From NCBI RefSeq assembly GCF_000143415.4, contig NW_003314402.1, positions 197,804 through 261,803 of the forward strand: a stretch of DNA of 64,000 bases. The letters run 5' to 3'. Positions 1 through 10,889 of this stretch are shown in pieces (the first letter of the stretch is position 1; each line of letters begins with the position of its first letter). The position numbers and the translations under genes are program-made. The notes below the pieces were generated by a model. That model did no database searches, was not told the DNA's origin, and saw only the letters and a program-made list of their open reading frames with translations. This DNA comes from Selaginella moellendorffii (lineage: Eukaryota > Plantae > Lycopodiophyta).

Positions 1-1077
1 CGATGCATCTTTCTTGACAGTGATCCATACAATGTTGTCATGGAAATGCTGCCGGACCCTCTGGTCATTGTTCACGAAGCTTGCAAGGGTGGTCTTGCCA
101 CATCCTCCCATTCCCAGGAGTCCAAACCATTTCCCCGGGGCTTGTGGATCCAGGAGGGCATTCACCACCTCATCCAGCTGCTCCCCATGGCGGCCAAACA
201 TGTCGTTGGCCTCGGGAACACCACGCCGTACATAGTTTACGAGACCTCTGTCTTGTGGACAACTCCGTACGGAAAAGCTGGTGCTCGGCTGTATCACTCT
301 CAACTCTTCTCGCTCGTACCTTTCAATGTGCGGGAGGAGATCGTTCTCGCAAGTGCGTACCAGCTCCAAAATCGCGCCAGATCGCTTCTCCCTGCGCGAC
401 AGATCCATCTTTTAGCTCCATTGCTTCAAACATGAATTCGAATAAGCCTTACTGTGATCCAAGCAGCGCTTGCGCCTTCTCAGTCCATTCAGTCAGTTCA
501 GTCAGCCACGCCTCAGCCTCACCAGAGTAGCGGAAATCTGGATTCCTGTGCTTGGGAGCATTAAACTTGTCAAGCGTGGCCTGGATTCTGGATGCCCTCT
601 TCTTTAGCTCCTCAATGTGGACATTCAGCTCATGCTCGTGACCCTGGATCTGCGACAGGAGATCGCCGTAGGCACTTAAGGACTTCGCGATCTCGTTACT
701 CCGCTTGTACCTATAGGAAGTGGAGAAGTTCAACCAGCTGCCTGCCATTTGTACACACACACACACAAAAGATAAAATGCTACTGTACCCACCGCTTTAT
801 GGGGCTCCAGATCCTGTTGTCGCGTGATCCCAAGAGTGCTTGTGCCTTGGTGTTCCATTTCCTGACACGCTCCAAGCATTCCTCGGCCGCTTCAGAGAAC
901 ATAAAGCCAGGTCCATTTCGCTCCTTGTGGCGACCGAAAGCGTTGATCTTGTCCCGGATGTGGGGCGCCGGATTTGTTCTCCAGCGTTTCAATGTTGGCA
1001 TTGCAGTCCCATACCTTCTTAGCAGGGCCCAGAGCCAAGCCACACAAGGCGCTTGCCAAGGAGCCCACAACCTCCAT
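1..1077 (-). pseudogene. NLR copy 1 (CC-CC-NB-ARC, runs off the left edge) with a frameshift in exon 1
   Basis: Same layout as copies 2-4: exon 1 793-1077, exon 2 453-710, exon 3 <1-391, which includes P-loop GMGGCGKTT. Exon 1 is 285 nt versus 278/281 nt because of a 4-nt insertion (ggat, ~970-973). This splits it into ORFs 892..1185 and 780..1172. Confidence 0.8.
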
Positions 1078-1762
1078 GGCTGTAGACCTACAAGTAAAGG
1101 TTGTCTCCCTCCCAGAAAGAAGCGCAACATTAACTCTTGACCTTGTAGATCGGAATTCTTCACTTTTTTCACAGCTGTGGCTCACTCACTCTATGAGATT
1201 CACAGTGAGCACCGCAACGATCGCTACATCGCTCGCAAAAAACACGTAAAGTACTTGTGTCTTTGGCCAAAACCCTAAACATCGACACGCCCGAGAAGAA
1301 CATCGTCTTTTCTCTTGTACGGCGTTGATCCAGGCGTACGGGAATAGAGGGCTCCTCTGCCGATCTTTGATGGGATCCGGGCGATCTTGTCACCGACGTC
1401 TTGAAAGATCTTAGATTCTATCCGCAATCGCCCAGTCAATGCGATCCTGGCAATGGGTGCTCCATATCATTCTATTCCCGCCCGGACGTGATCTCCAGGA
1501 TTTGCGAAGAAGAAGGTCGTCGATCAGATGCGCGATGCTGGCGCGCAATTGATTGGGGCTTCCCGCTACATTTTCCCGCGCTACTTCTCCATTCTAGGGT
1601 TCTTTCTTGGAGGCGACGTAGGTTTTCTATTGCCCGCGTGGTCGAGGAGACGGCGCTGGGGGGCGGCCTTGATCGGCGTTGTGGAGCTGCACAAGGTAAT
1701 GGGGCTCGACACTCCGGGTTTTAGAAATAGGAAGAGGCTCCAGCTTAAGGCTCCGACGAGCA

Positions 1763-3509
1763 GTGCCAAGGCGAGGAGCCCCAGCCAGCGTTGGTAAATC
1801 GTGGACGACAGGGAGCTCTAGATGTACGGTGACAACAAAGGTCCCTGCGGCAAAATGTTCCATCGGCAGTGGATCGCCAAAAACTCCTGCAAAAGCTGAG
1901 GCTTCTAGGACAGCAAAAATTGCCGAGGTGAGCAATGATAGTGGAGCAGAGGATTTAGATGATTCGGGAGTAGAAAGTGGAGCAATCGATGGTGGGGAAG
2001 AAGAGGTAAACAAGATTATGACTGGAGGAGGAAACGATGCCGAGGTGGAAAGAACAACAGTGGTGGAGAGCTCCATTGAGACTGTCAGGAAACATGGCGA
2101 GGCTGTTTCTAGCGCCTTAGCTGGACTTTCAATCAGAGGTAGTGCCTTGACCCACGGTAATCCCGTTAAGATGGAAGCTGGCTGTGATTCCGTGAAAGCT
2201 GAAGCTTCGGTTTCGATCGCAGCTGGATGTGATCCTACGAAAGTAGATGGCTTGGTGAAGATGGAAGCTGGTTGTTTTAGATGCAGAGAGGTGGTGGCTT
2301 CTCCAAGAGACTGAAGTTGCCGGGTACTCGACGTCCAGGGGATGCCGGATTCGTGTTGGCGAGTTCGTGTCCTTCAATTTTCCCAAGCCTGAAGCCGAAA
2401 GTAAGAAGAAGTTCTTCCAGCCGACTGGTGATACCTTTGGGAAGTGCAAAATGGCACCAGAGGCTCTTTCTCTTATGAGCAGCATAGTTCTCCATTTGAG
2501 GTAGAGTTTTCTGTGTTTACCAGAGACGTTACGTATATGATGTGCTTGCAGAGTTTATATCAACAAGTCAGAAGCCTTACGAGGAGGGGGATGAGCGCGG
2601 ATTGAAGCTTCTGCAAGCTATCTTGAAGCCGTTAATGCTTCGGAGAACAAAAGATTCAACTGATAAAGAAGGAAGGTAAGCATTTTTTTTCTTTGCACTG
2701 TGCCTTGTCTTGTATTCACTCACAAGTTGGATTCACAGACCAATTCTTGTTCTCCAACCGGCTCAATATGAAGTTATTGTATCCATATCCATAGCTATCA
2801 TGCAGGCGTTCCTGTACGAAATAGGAACTCATAACTGTACCAACAAGTAATCGGTTTCGAATAAATGTCGAGGAGCAGTGGAAGGAGTCGTCCAAAGTCG
2901 AGGCTCTGCTGCACCACCTCCAGACGTTAAGTGAGGCCGGGTCGAAAAGCGTTGTTTTTAGTCAGTGGACAGCGTTTCTCGACTTGTTAGAGATACCATT
3001 GAAAAGGTACGAGCGTCTTTCCTTTTGGTGCTTTCTCTTTGTTTGTGTTTCTAACAATGCACTGCCAGGAAGAACTTCTGTTTCGTCCGCTTGGACGGAA
3101 CGCTATCGCAGCGTCAGCGAGAACAAGTGCTCAAAAGCTTCAGCAATATTCCAGCCGTGGCCGTAAGCTTTTTGTGTTTCTTACCTCCAAAAACCACTCT
3201 ATTTTGTGGACAGGTCATGCTCATGCTTTTCTCATGGTACGCGCTATAGTTTTCTTTTTTAGCCATCTTCCGAGTCGAGAATGTGGACGATCGAGCATCG
3301 GTCAGACGAAGAACGTATCGATCAAGCGATTCATCGTCAAAGTAAGCGCCACTTGAAACTCTCTTTGACGTTTCTCATGTCTCTAGAGCAGGACTCGGTG
3401 GGGGAGAGAATGCAACAGGTCCAAGCGAGGAAGCAGCGATTTCGCGAGGGCTCTCACAGACGAGGTGCGAAGCGCTCGAATCGAGGAGCTCAAAATGCTA
3501 TTTAGATGA
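1763..3509 (+). pseudogene. RAD5-like (HIRAN-SNF2-RING helicase) gene fragment, unit 1
   Basis: HIRAN-like WWLLQETEVAGYSTSRG; SNF2 LKLLQAILKPLMLRRTKD; helicase-C SSKVEAL..KSVVFSQWTAFLDLLEIPLKR and RLDGTLSQRQREQVL; C-terminus RIGQTKNVSIKRFIVK..ARIEELKMLFR*. Introns are retained, with large deletions and frameshifts. Confidence 0.85.
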
Positions 3510-3940
3510 GAGTCCTTAGCAACTTATATCAGTGTACATAGTTAAAGAGGGGAATATGCTTCTAGCATCGGCGCGTATATTCTTCGGATAGTTCAATGTA
3601 GGTTTCTTCGCGGCTATGGCGGACAGCAGGCGATCGCGTCGCAAGCGGCGACGAGCAAGGTATGCATGCTAGGATCGCCTCGAGAAGCTGCAGCAGCGCC
3701 AGCGCCGGCGCTGCGCCGCGATTTCGCTGGCCTAGAGCCGGAGTAGCCGATTTCCTAGAGATTATGATCTCTAGGAAATTGAGCTGAACGCTGAGGCTTT
3801 GCAGGCGATCGCGTCGATTCCTCTCGTCTCCGCGGCCGGGGCGGCTAGAAAGCCGGGGCGCATTCTAGAGTTTCGGGGTTTCTGGGGCGATCAGTCATGT
3901 AGCGGGCAGTGATTCTCTCACAGAGAGCTGGAAGTCAGCC

Positions 3941-5979
3941 ATGACGTGGAATCCGCCACAAGTAGCTTGTCCGCCTTGACTGCCACTACTCAGGCCGAGG
4001 ATGAACTGGGCGTGGATGTGTCGTCTCCCAGCGGCGATTTGCTGCTCCATTTTCTCAAGAGCGGTGGGGGCGACGAGCAGCTGAGGAGCAGTAGCAGCTA
4101 CAGGACCCAGCAGTCGCAGCTCACCGTCCCTGCCACAGCTTTGCTCCTTCTGGAGGACCTGGAGGAGGAGGAGAAGGTCCTCCTCCACGACCACTCTACG
4201 TCCCAGCAATAAGATTTGGTGGGTGGTCACCTCACTTCCAGCGGCACCAAGACCCACTTTTCCCTCCGGATCCATTCTTGACTCCGTCGGACCACTGATT
4301 TCTACGCTCGTTTGCTCCTCTTCCCGTTCCATCCGCCAGTGCCGTATCCTTTTCCAAATGCTCCGACTTTCCAGCCTGCTGATAATGTGGTTCATCCGCC
4401 GCATTCCTCTGGGGAGCTTAAAGCTCGTCCTGGCCTTCACTTCGAGTCTCCGGTGTTTGGACCCAGCGCAGCAGAGACCTCGGACTCCAAACGCGCCCCA
4501 GAGCAGTCGAGGAGATCGGTTACACCTGCGAAGGATGACAAGCAACAATTCCACGGCAATGGTTCCGAGCTCCTTCAGTTGTTACAGGGTGGTCCTGGTC
4601 GTGTGAAGCCCACAGCCTCCACAAAGGTGGATGCTACACAGGACAGTGGGGATTCTGGAGAGCCATCACAGAAAGGAAGTCCATCTGCTGTTCACGGCCC
4701 CATAGGACCGCCGAGGCGTCATGTCGTTTCTCCTCCGCAGAGTCCAAATGACCTCCTTGGACGTTTGTGGGCTGCTCTTCCGTCGTCAAGCCACACTTCG
4801 TTTGACGGAGAAAGCGAACGCAAGACGTCAGCCCGGAGCTTTGGCGTTGAAGTGAACGAGATGTCCCGGGAAGTCGATGGAGGTGAAGCTGCTGGTTTCG
4901 CACTTTTGAAGCGAAGGGGATCGGAGCCTGCCGCCTCGCACTACCTTTAAACGACTACGACTATAGGACTCTAAGACAAATGATAAGCCGAGGACAAACT
5001 CAGCATCCGGAAGACTACAGGACTATCGTGGGAGATACGTAAATGGAGAGGCCGAATTTGAGCCCGGAGGCGATGACTTTCGAGGTGCGGGAACGCGTCG
5101 AGTTACCGGTCGTGCAGACGCCAGACGCGGTGGTCGGGGTGCTGTTGGCCAGTGGATTGCGGTAAATGAGAGGCATAAAGATGCTGAGCCAAGTGACATC
5201 ACCTCCTGCGATATCTCTGATGGAAGGGACGAGTCGCTTAAATCTTCAAACGGGACTTAGTCGAATGCTCGGAGAAAACATCAACAGGAATGGAAGATAA
5301 AACAGGCTGACTCAAAGTCAGCATTTCCAGCGGAGAAAAAACAGGACTACAAGGTTCCAAAGGCACGGTCTTTGGCATCTCAACTTGAACGTCCAGGCTT
5401 GCCATCGGGAAGTACGCAAAACTCTTCTGTTGGTGCGGCTTTTGAGGAGTCCAAACAGAGGCTCCATAATCTAGATGCTTTGGAAGGAGAAGGCGTGACG
5501 ACCTCTCTAGATCTCGAGGAGCTACAAATTGACGGTCACCGTCGTGAGGGTAAAGCTCCACAGTTTTACAAGGTTTGTGCTTGCTTTTTTTCTTTCTTTA
5601 TTTTCATGTGTTTGTATCTCTGGTTACAACCGAAGGAGAACCGTTTCAGGGAGTCCAGACGCGTCATTCCCATGCACAGACGTGATCTTCTTTACCGACT
5701 GGATCTGCTGAATTTCACTCGTGAGCTTTTCTGGCTCTACGACGAGCTTGTACCAACTGAAGAAGGGGAGGTCCGGAGAAGGAAGTTCTTCTCGAAGCTT
5801 GAGTCCCTTTTCGAGAGGGAGCTCCCGGGAACACGGCTCTTTCTTTTCGGATCGTGTGTCAATGCGTTTGGAGTTTGTAACAGTGACATCGATGTTTGCC
5901 TCTTCGTTGATCAGGAAGAACCAAGCTGCTTGTTCAAATGGCAACTATCCTCGAGTCAGATGCCATGTTAAACGTACAG
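3941..5979 (+). pseudogene. URT1-like terminal uridylyltransferase gene fragment, unit 1
   Basis: Disordered N-terminal region with leucine motifs (GDLLLHFL, SELLQLLQ). It is followed by the nucleotidyltransferase start LVPTEEG..LFLFGSCVNAFGVCNSDIDVCL..ILESDAMLNVQ. Interrupted and truncated. Confidence 0.7.
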
Positions 5980-6039
5980 GAGGCGTAGGACTCAACGTGA
6001 CTCATGGTACCCGCTATAGTTTCTTATCCGAATTCTTAG

Positions 6040-6435
6040 CCATCCTCTGATCCAGAGAACTTTCCTTTCATTGTTCTTGGCAACAAGGTCGATGTTGATG
6101 GAGGGAACGATAGAGTGGTGAGCTCTTTTGTTTCATCTCTCGCCTCACTTTAAAGCTTGTGTGTCCAGGTTTCCGAGAAGAAAGCCAAGGCTTGGTGTGC
6201 TTCCAAGGGAAACATTCCATACTTTGAGGCGTCTGCCAAGGAAGACTACAACGTGGAGGCTGCGTTTCAATGCATTGCCAAGAATGCCTTGACGAGCGAA
6301 CCCGAGGAAGACTTGTAAGTTTTGCTTGTTTCTTCTTGTGATGTTTCAAGCTCACATTTAACTTTTGGCAGCAGCTATCTTCCAGACACGATGGACAACA
6401 ACAGACGGCCAAGATCGTCTGGCTGCGAGTGTTGA
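6040..6435 (+). pseudogene. 3' fragment of a Rab7/RABG3 small GTPase gene
   Basis: [61 protein letters not shown] and terminal SSGCEC*. Introns are present and the 5' half is absent. Confidence 0.88.
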
Positions 6436-7211
6436 TCTACTACTACTGTCCCTCTATCGATAAGTGTTTTCGCTTTCATTTTATATGTTTTTTTAATTTC
6501 TTTTTATTTTTACTCTCTCCTTTCGGTCGTTGGCCTTGGATTTTTCCCTTCTCAAATTTTTTTTTTCTTTTTGCTACGAAATAATTTTTCTTCTTCGATG
6601 TTGTATCTAGTTACTACTAGTAGTGCGCAAATTCTTGTGTTTGTGTATTATTAAATTTTCTTCGTTTCTAATGGATTGCTAGTTGACGAGAATTGTGTCA
6701 CAACATGCCTAGATTTTCTCGATTCCACAAGTCTGGGTTGCAAGTAAGCAAAGGCTGTGATTGACACTGCATCACAAGAGTTTCCAATCCTTGGCAGCGA
6801 TGCAACTTCGAAGCTGTGCAACCCTTTCGTTGTCTTATTCAGCCGCCAACTTCATTGTCCAAAAGTATGGGGAATGTGGCGATGTGGATGGCTTGCACAA
6901 ACCAAACCAATCAGGATCGAGGGAGATCACTACATTGATCTCGAAAAGTGCATATTCTTAATATTGTTATGTTTTCCATGTTTTACCATTTACTCTGTAC
7001 ACCAGGTTTTAAAATACTCAAAACCACGAGAGTAAAGTAATATCCCGAGAATACGATTTGTAAGGAAAAAAAGAAACTGTTTCTTCTCCAAACGCTGCTG
7101 ACGCTGTGAAAACTCTGTTTTCGTTTTTTGATGTTCTGCTTGTGATGCAAAATGGTGTAGCATTTGCGCAGATCTTCGAAAACCCAATCGATGTCCACTG
7201 AAGGAGCAAGG

Positions 7212-10200
7212 TTATACCTCGAAGCTTATATGGACATCCGGCCGCTCCTCAAGCCATGGTGGAACTTTCGTACCTTTTTGGCAGCGTAGGACTTTGAGCC
7301 TGGGAAATAAGCCAAGGCCGTGATTGTCTGAACTCAATTGGGGCCACACTACATCATCATGATCAGAGAGCACAAGTGTCTCCAATCCTGGAAGGGATGC
7401 AATGGATGATGGAATATCTTCGATCCCATACAAGTGCACACATCTTAAAAGAGTCATCTGGTCTGTTGGCTCAAAGAAATCATTGGGGAGCTGCCTCATA
7501 CAGCCCTTCCACAAAGATAATGCGAACCGTTTCACCGTCAGCTGTGATCTCTGGGTTGGCATCAAGAGTCTCCTCATGTAACCTTCTACATCCAGTTCAT
7601 CAAGGTCTTTGGGGAGTTGTGTCACAAAGAGAGGCAAATGCTCCCATGTATTATCAGGAGCCAGATAGAATAGTAAACTCTTCAGGTTTGGAAGACTTGC
7701 GGCCAAATCGTCCTTGAACTCGGACTGTGCAATGTGTAGATTTTGAAGCTCCAGAGCTTCAAGGCATGGGAACGATCCATCCAGACTGAAGAACTGGATA
7801 CCACTGCAGTCTATGTCAAGTTCCTGTAGCCGTTGAAAGCCCTTTAACCAAGACAGGTCTTTCATTGTCTCATTGTTTGTGATACTTAAAAATTGTAGTT
7901 GTGGCCATTCAAGGCTTTCGGCATTGTTTTCACCGTCTTGTACCCCGACAATGGAAAAGTCCTCAAGCTGTTTGGAATTCTTAAACATTCGCTTCCAGTC
8001 AAGTTTGATAGTCGATTTCGCCCAAATGTGACATTGTCTTAGATTGACAAGTTGCCACAGGCCGGTGAAATCTGCAAAGTCCATGCTCTTTGCCTCCAAC
8101 ACCAGTGTCTCAATGTTCTTTAGTGCACCAAGGCTGTGAGGTATTTTTATTGTTGCACGATAGGAGAGGTCTAGCTTTAAATGTCTTAGCTTGTGTAGGC
8201 TTGAAATTCCACTCAAATCCACAGCTAACTCCTCATTGCACTCAAGCTCCAGCTCTTCCAAGTTGAATAATTGGGGCAGTAATGCAAAGTTGAATTTTCT
8301 GATCTCATCGCATTTCAAAACCTTCAGTGATGTCAAGCTGAAGAGCGCATCTGGCAATTGAGGCACACTTGAACGTCGAAGGTCAAGCACTTGAAGGTTT
8401 CTCAGCTTGGATATGCTCTCTGGAATAAAACGGACCAAATTATACCATCCATTCAAGCTCAATACCTTGACATTTTGGATGTGATCTATAATAAGACTGA
8501 CATCCACACCAGAAATTCCATGACATCCATCGAGAAGCAAGACATCTCGCACATGAATATCAGACAAAAGGCTGCTTGTAACCTTCTTTCCAATGAATGA
8601 AACTTTAGAAAATGTCGGAGAAATCCCAGGTGGACAATCATAGCCAAACAGGCATCCCTTCTCGTGCTCTTCCTGGGGTGGGTACTTCCCTTTCAAGATT
8701 CTTATGCACAGCTTGCGTACCATATCGTGCACAGTTACAGACTTATACCATGTAGAATCAGTTGTCTTCACTAGGCATCTTCGTTCCAGTTCACTAACAA
8801 TCTGCAGAGGCGAGAGTTCTGACCCAACCGCTATCCAACATTTTCTCAGATCATCAAAGCGGATTGGCCAATCTTCTGGAAACGCAGCCACATAGAGAAA
8901 GCACTCTTGCAGCTTTTCATCCTTATTAAACCGTCCCAGCTCGTCATAGCTAAACTTCAAGTGCTGGAACATCCGCTTCTCAATGTCCTCGTCATTCAAC
9001 AAATGCATCTTCTGATAGCGTTCTTTCCACACCTGTGGCCCCTCATTCCTGTAGACAGCCATGGCACTGCCAATCACTTCAAGAGCTAAAGGGAGCCCCT
9101 CACATTTGCTAGCTATTCTCTCGGCAACTTTCACAATGTCCTGATCACTAGGTAGTGAATCACGAAAGGCAAACTTCCAAAACATCTTTTCGCTCTCGGC
9201 CTCTGATAGCTCATGCACAGGAAATACCTTTGCACCTAGCTTGCTCAAAATGTCTTCCTTTCTGGTTGTTACCAGCACCCGGCTGTAAGAGGACGGCCCT
9301 GCTATAAAATCCAGTCCCTTGGCCAAGCTCATCTCCCACACATCATCCAGTATCAGCAAGACACAAAGTCCACGAGCAACATTTTGTGCCAAGTGCTGCA
9401 CATGCTCAAGGGTGCCTGCATTTTGGGCCCTCTCTTTCATGCCGCCCCATTCAAGAGCGTTGAGGAGCTGGGCCCTGAGATCGCCCTCCGATGCATCTTT
9501 CTTGACAGTGATCCATACAATGTTGTCATGGAAATGCTGCCGGACCCTCTCGTCATTGTGCACGAAGCTTGCAAGGGTGGTCTTGCCACACCCTCCCATT
9601 CCCAGGAGTCCAAACCATTTCCCCGGGGCTTGTGGATCCAGGAGGGCATTCACCACCTCATCCAGCTGCTCCCCATGGCGGCCAAACATGTCGTTGGCCT
9701 CGGGAACACCACGCCGTACATACTTTACGAGACCTCTGTCTTGTGGACAACTCCGTACGGAAAAGCTGGTGCTCGACTGCATCCCTCTCAACTCTCGCTC
9801 GTACCTTTTAATGTGCGGGAGGAGATCGTTCTCGCAAGTGCGTACCAGCTCCGAAATCGCGCCAGATCGCTTCTCCCTGCGCGACAGATCCATCTTTTAG
9901 CTCCATTGCTTCAAACATGAATTCGAATAAGCCTTACTGTGATCCAAGCAGCGCTTGCGCCGTCTTAGTCCATTCAGTCAGTTCAGTCAGCCACGCCTCA
10001 GCCTCACCAGAGTAGCGGAAATCTGGATTCCTGTCCTTGGGAGCATTAAACTTGTCAAGCGTGGCCTGGATTCTGGATGCCCTCTTCTTTAGCTCCTCAA
10101 TGTGGACATTCAGCTCATGCTCGTGACCTTGGATCTGCAATAGGAGATCGTCGTAGGCACTTAAGGACTTCGCGATCTCGTTACTCCGCTTGTACCTATA

Positions 10201-10557
10201 GGAAGTGGAGAAGTTCAACCAGCTGCCTGCCATTTCTACACACACACACACACAAAAGATAAAATGCTACTGTACCGACCGCTTTATGGGGCTCCAGATC
10301 GTGTTGTGGCGTGATCCCAAGAGTGCTTGTGCCTTGGCGTTCCATTTCCTGACACGCTCCAAGCATTTCTCGGCCGCTTGAGAGAACGTGAAGCCAGGAT
10401 TCCGCTGCTTGTGAACACTGAAAGCGTCGATCTTGTCCTGGATGTGGGGCGCCTTGTTCTCCAGCGTGTCAATGTTGGCATTGCAGTCCCATATCTTCTT
10501 AGCAGGGCCCAGAGCCAAGCCACACAAGGCGCTTGCCAAGGAGCCCACAACCTCCAT
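7212..10557 (-). CDS. NLR copy 2: tandem-CC NB-ARC-LRR protein, ~1066 aa; exons 10280-10557, 9938-10195, 7212-9876
   Basis: Motifs: P-loop GMGGCGKTT, kinase-2 LLILDDVW (non-TIR W), RNBS-B SRVLVTTR, CEGLPLAL, RNBS-D CFLYVAAFPED, VHD, then LRRs. Two GT-AG phase-2 introns (84 and 61 nt) join the upstream ORFs in frame. Confidence 0.92.
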
Positions 10558-10711
10558 GCCTGTAGACCTACAAGTAAACGTCGTCTCCCAGAACTCTTGG
10601 CCTTGGTACCCCCTCTTAAAATGAACAGTAATTTTCAGAGAGGTATAAGCTGCAGTAGAGCGAGTAGTAGAGGGCCTCGTGCAGCACCCTCCCTCTTGCA
10701 ATGCCAGCTGT

Positions 10712-10712
<1 letters not shown>

Positions 10713-10742
<30 letters not shown>
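10713..10742. repeat. (CT)n/(GA)n microsatellite upstream of the NLR; also ~25678-25708 and ~40270-40292
   Basis: Seen directly. Length varies between copies. Confidence 0.9.
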
Positions 10743-10745
<3 letters not shown>

Positions 10746-10889
10746 GCTCCGACATTGTAAGTTTCTCCAGGAGAGGTAACTTTTGTCGCTTTGTTTTAGT
10801 TGCACACAGATAGGACGCCTTCCAGCTGACTGGGCCACGTGTTTGATTGCTTTGGGTCAGGAAAGCGTACTCTGGGTCATTCTTCACTA

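Noticed and set aside
1763-6435. RAD5, URT1 or Rab7 fragments as NLR integrated domains
   Set aside because: They are on the opposite strand, frameshifted and outside the NLR reading frame.
7212-9893. NLR starting at MDLSRR as a CC-less single-exon gene
   Set aside because: The ATG lies inside a canonical 61-nt intron, and the spliced model is in frame in all intact copies. It is kept only as a possible isoform.
9319-9920. Long plus-strand ORFs opposite the NLR 5' regions (also 40..435, 24085..24795, 38859..39448)
   Set aside because: These are antisense shadow ORFs. They recur only because the NLR is duplicated and show no domain signature.
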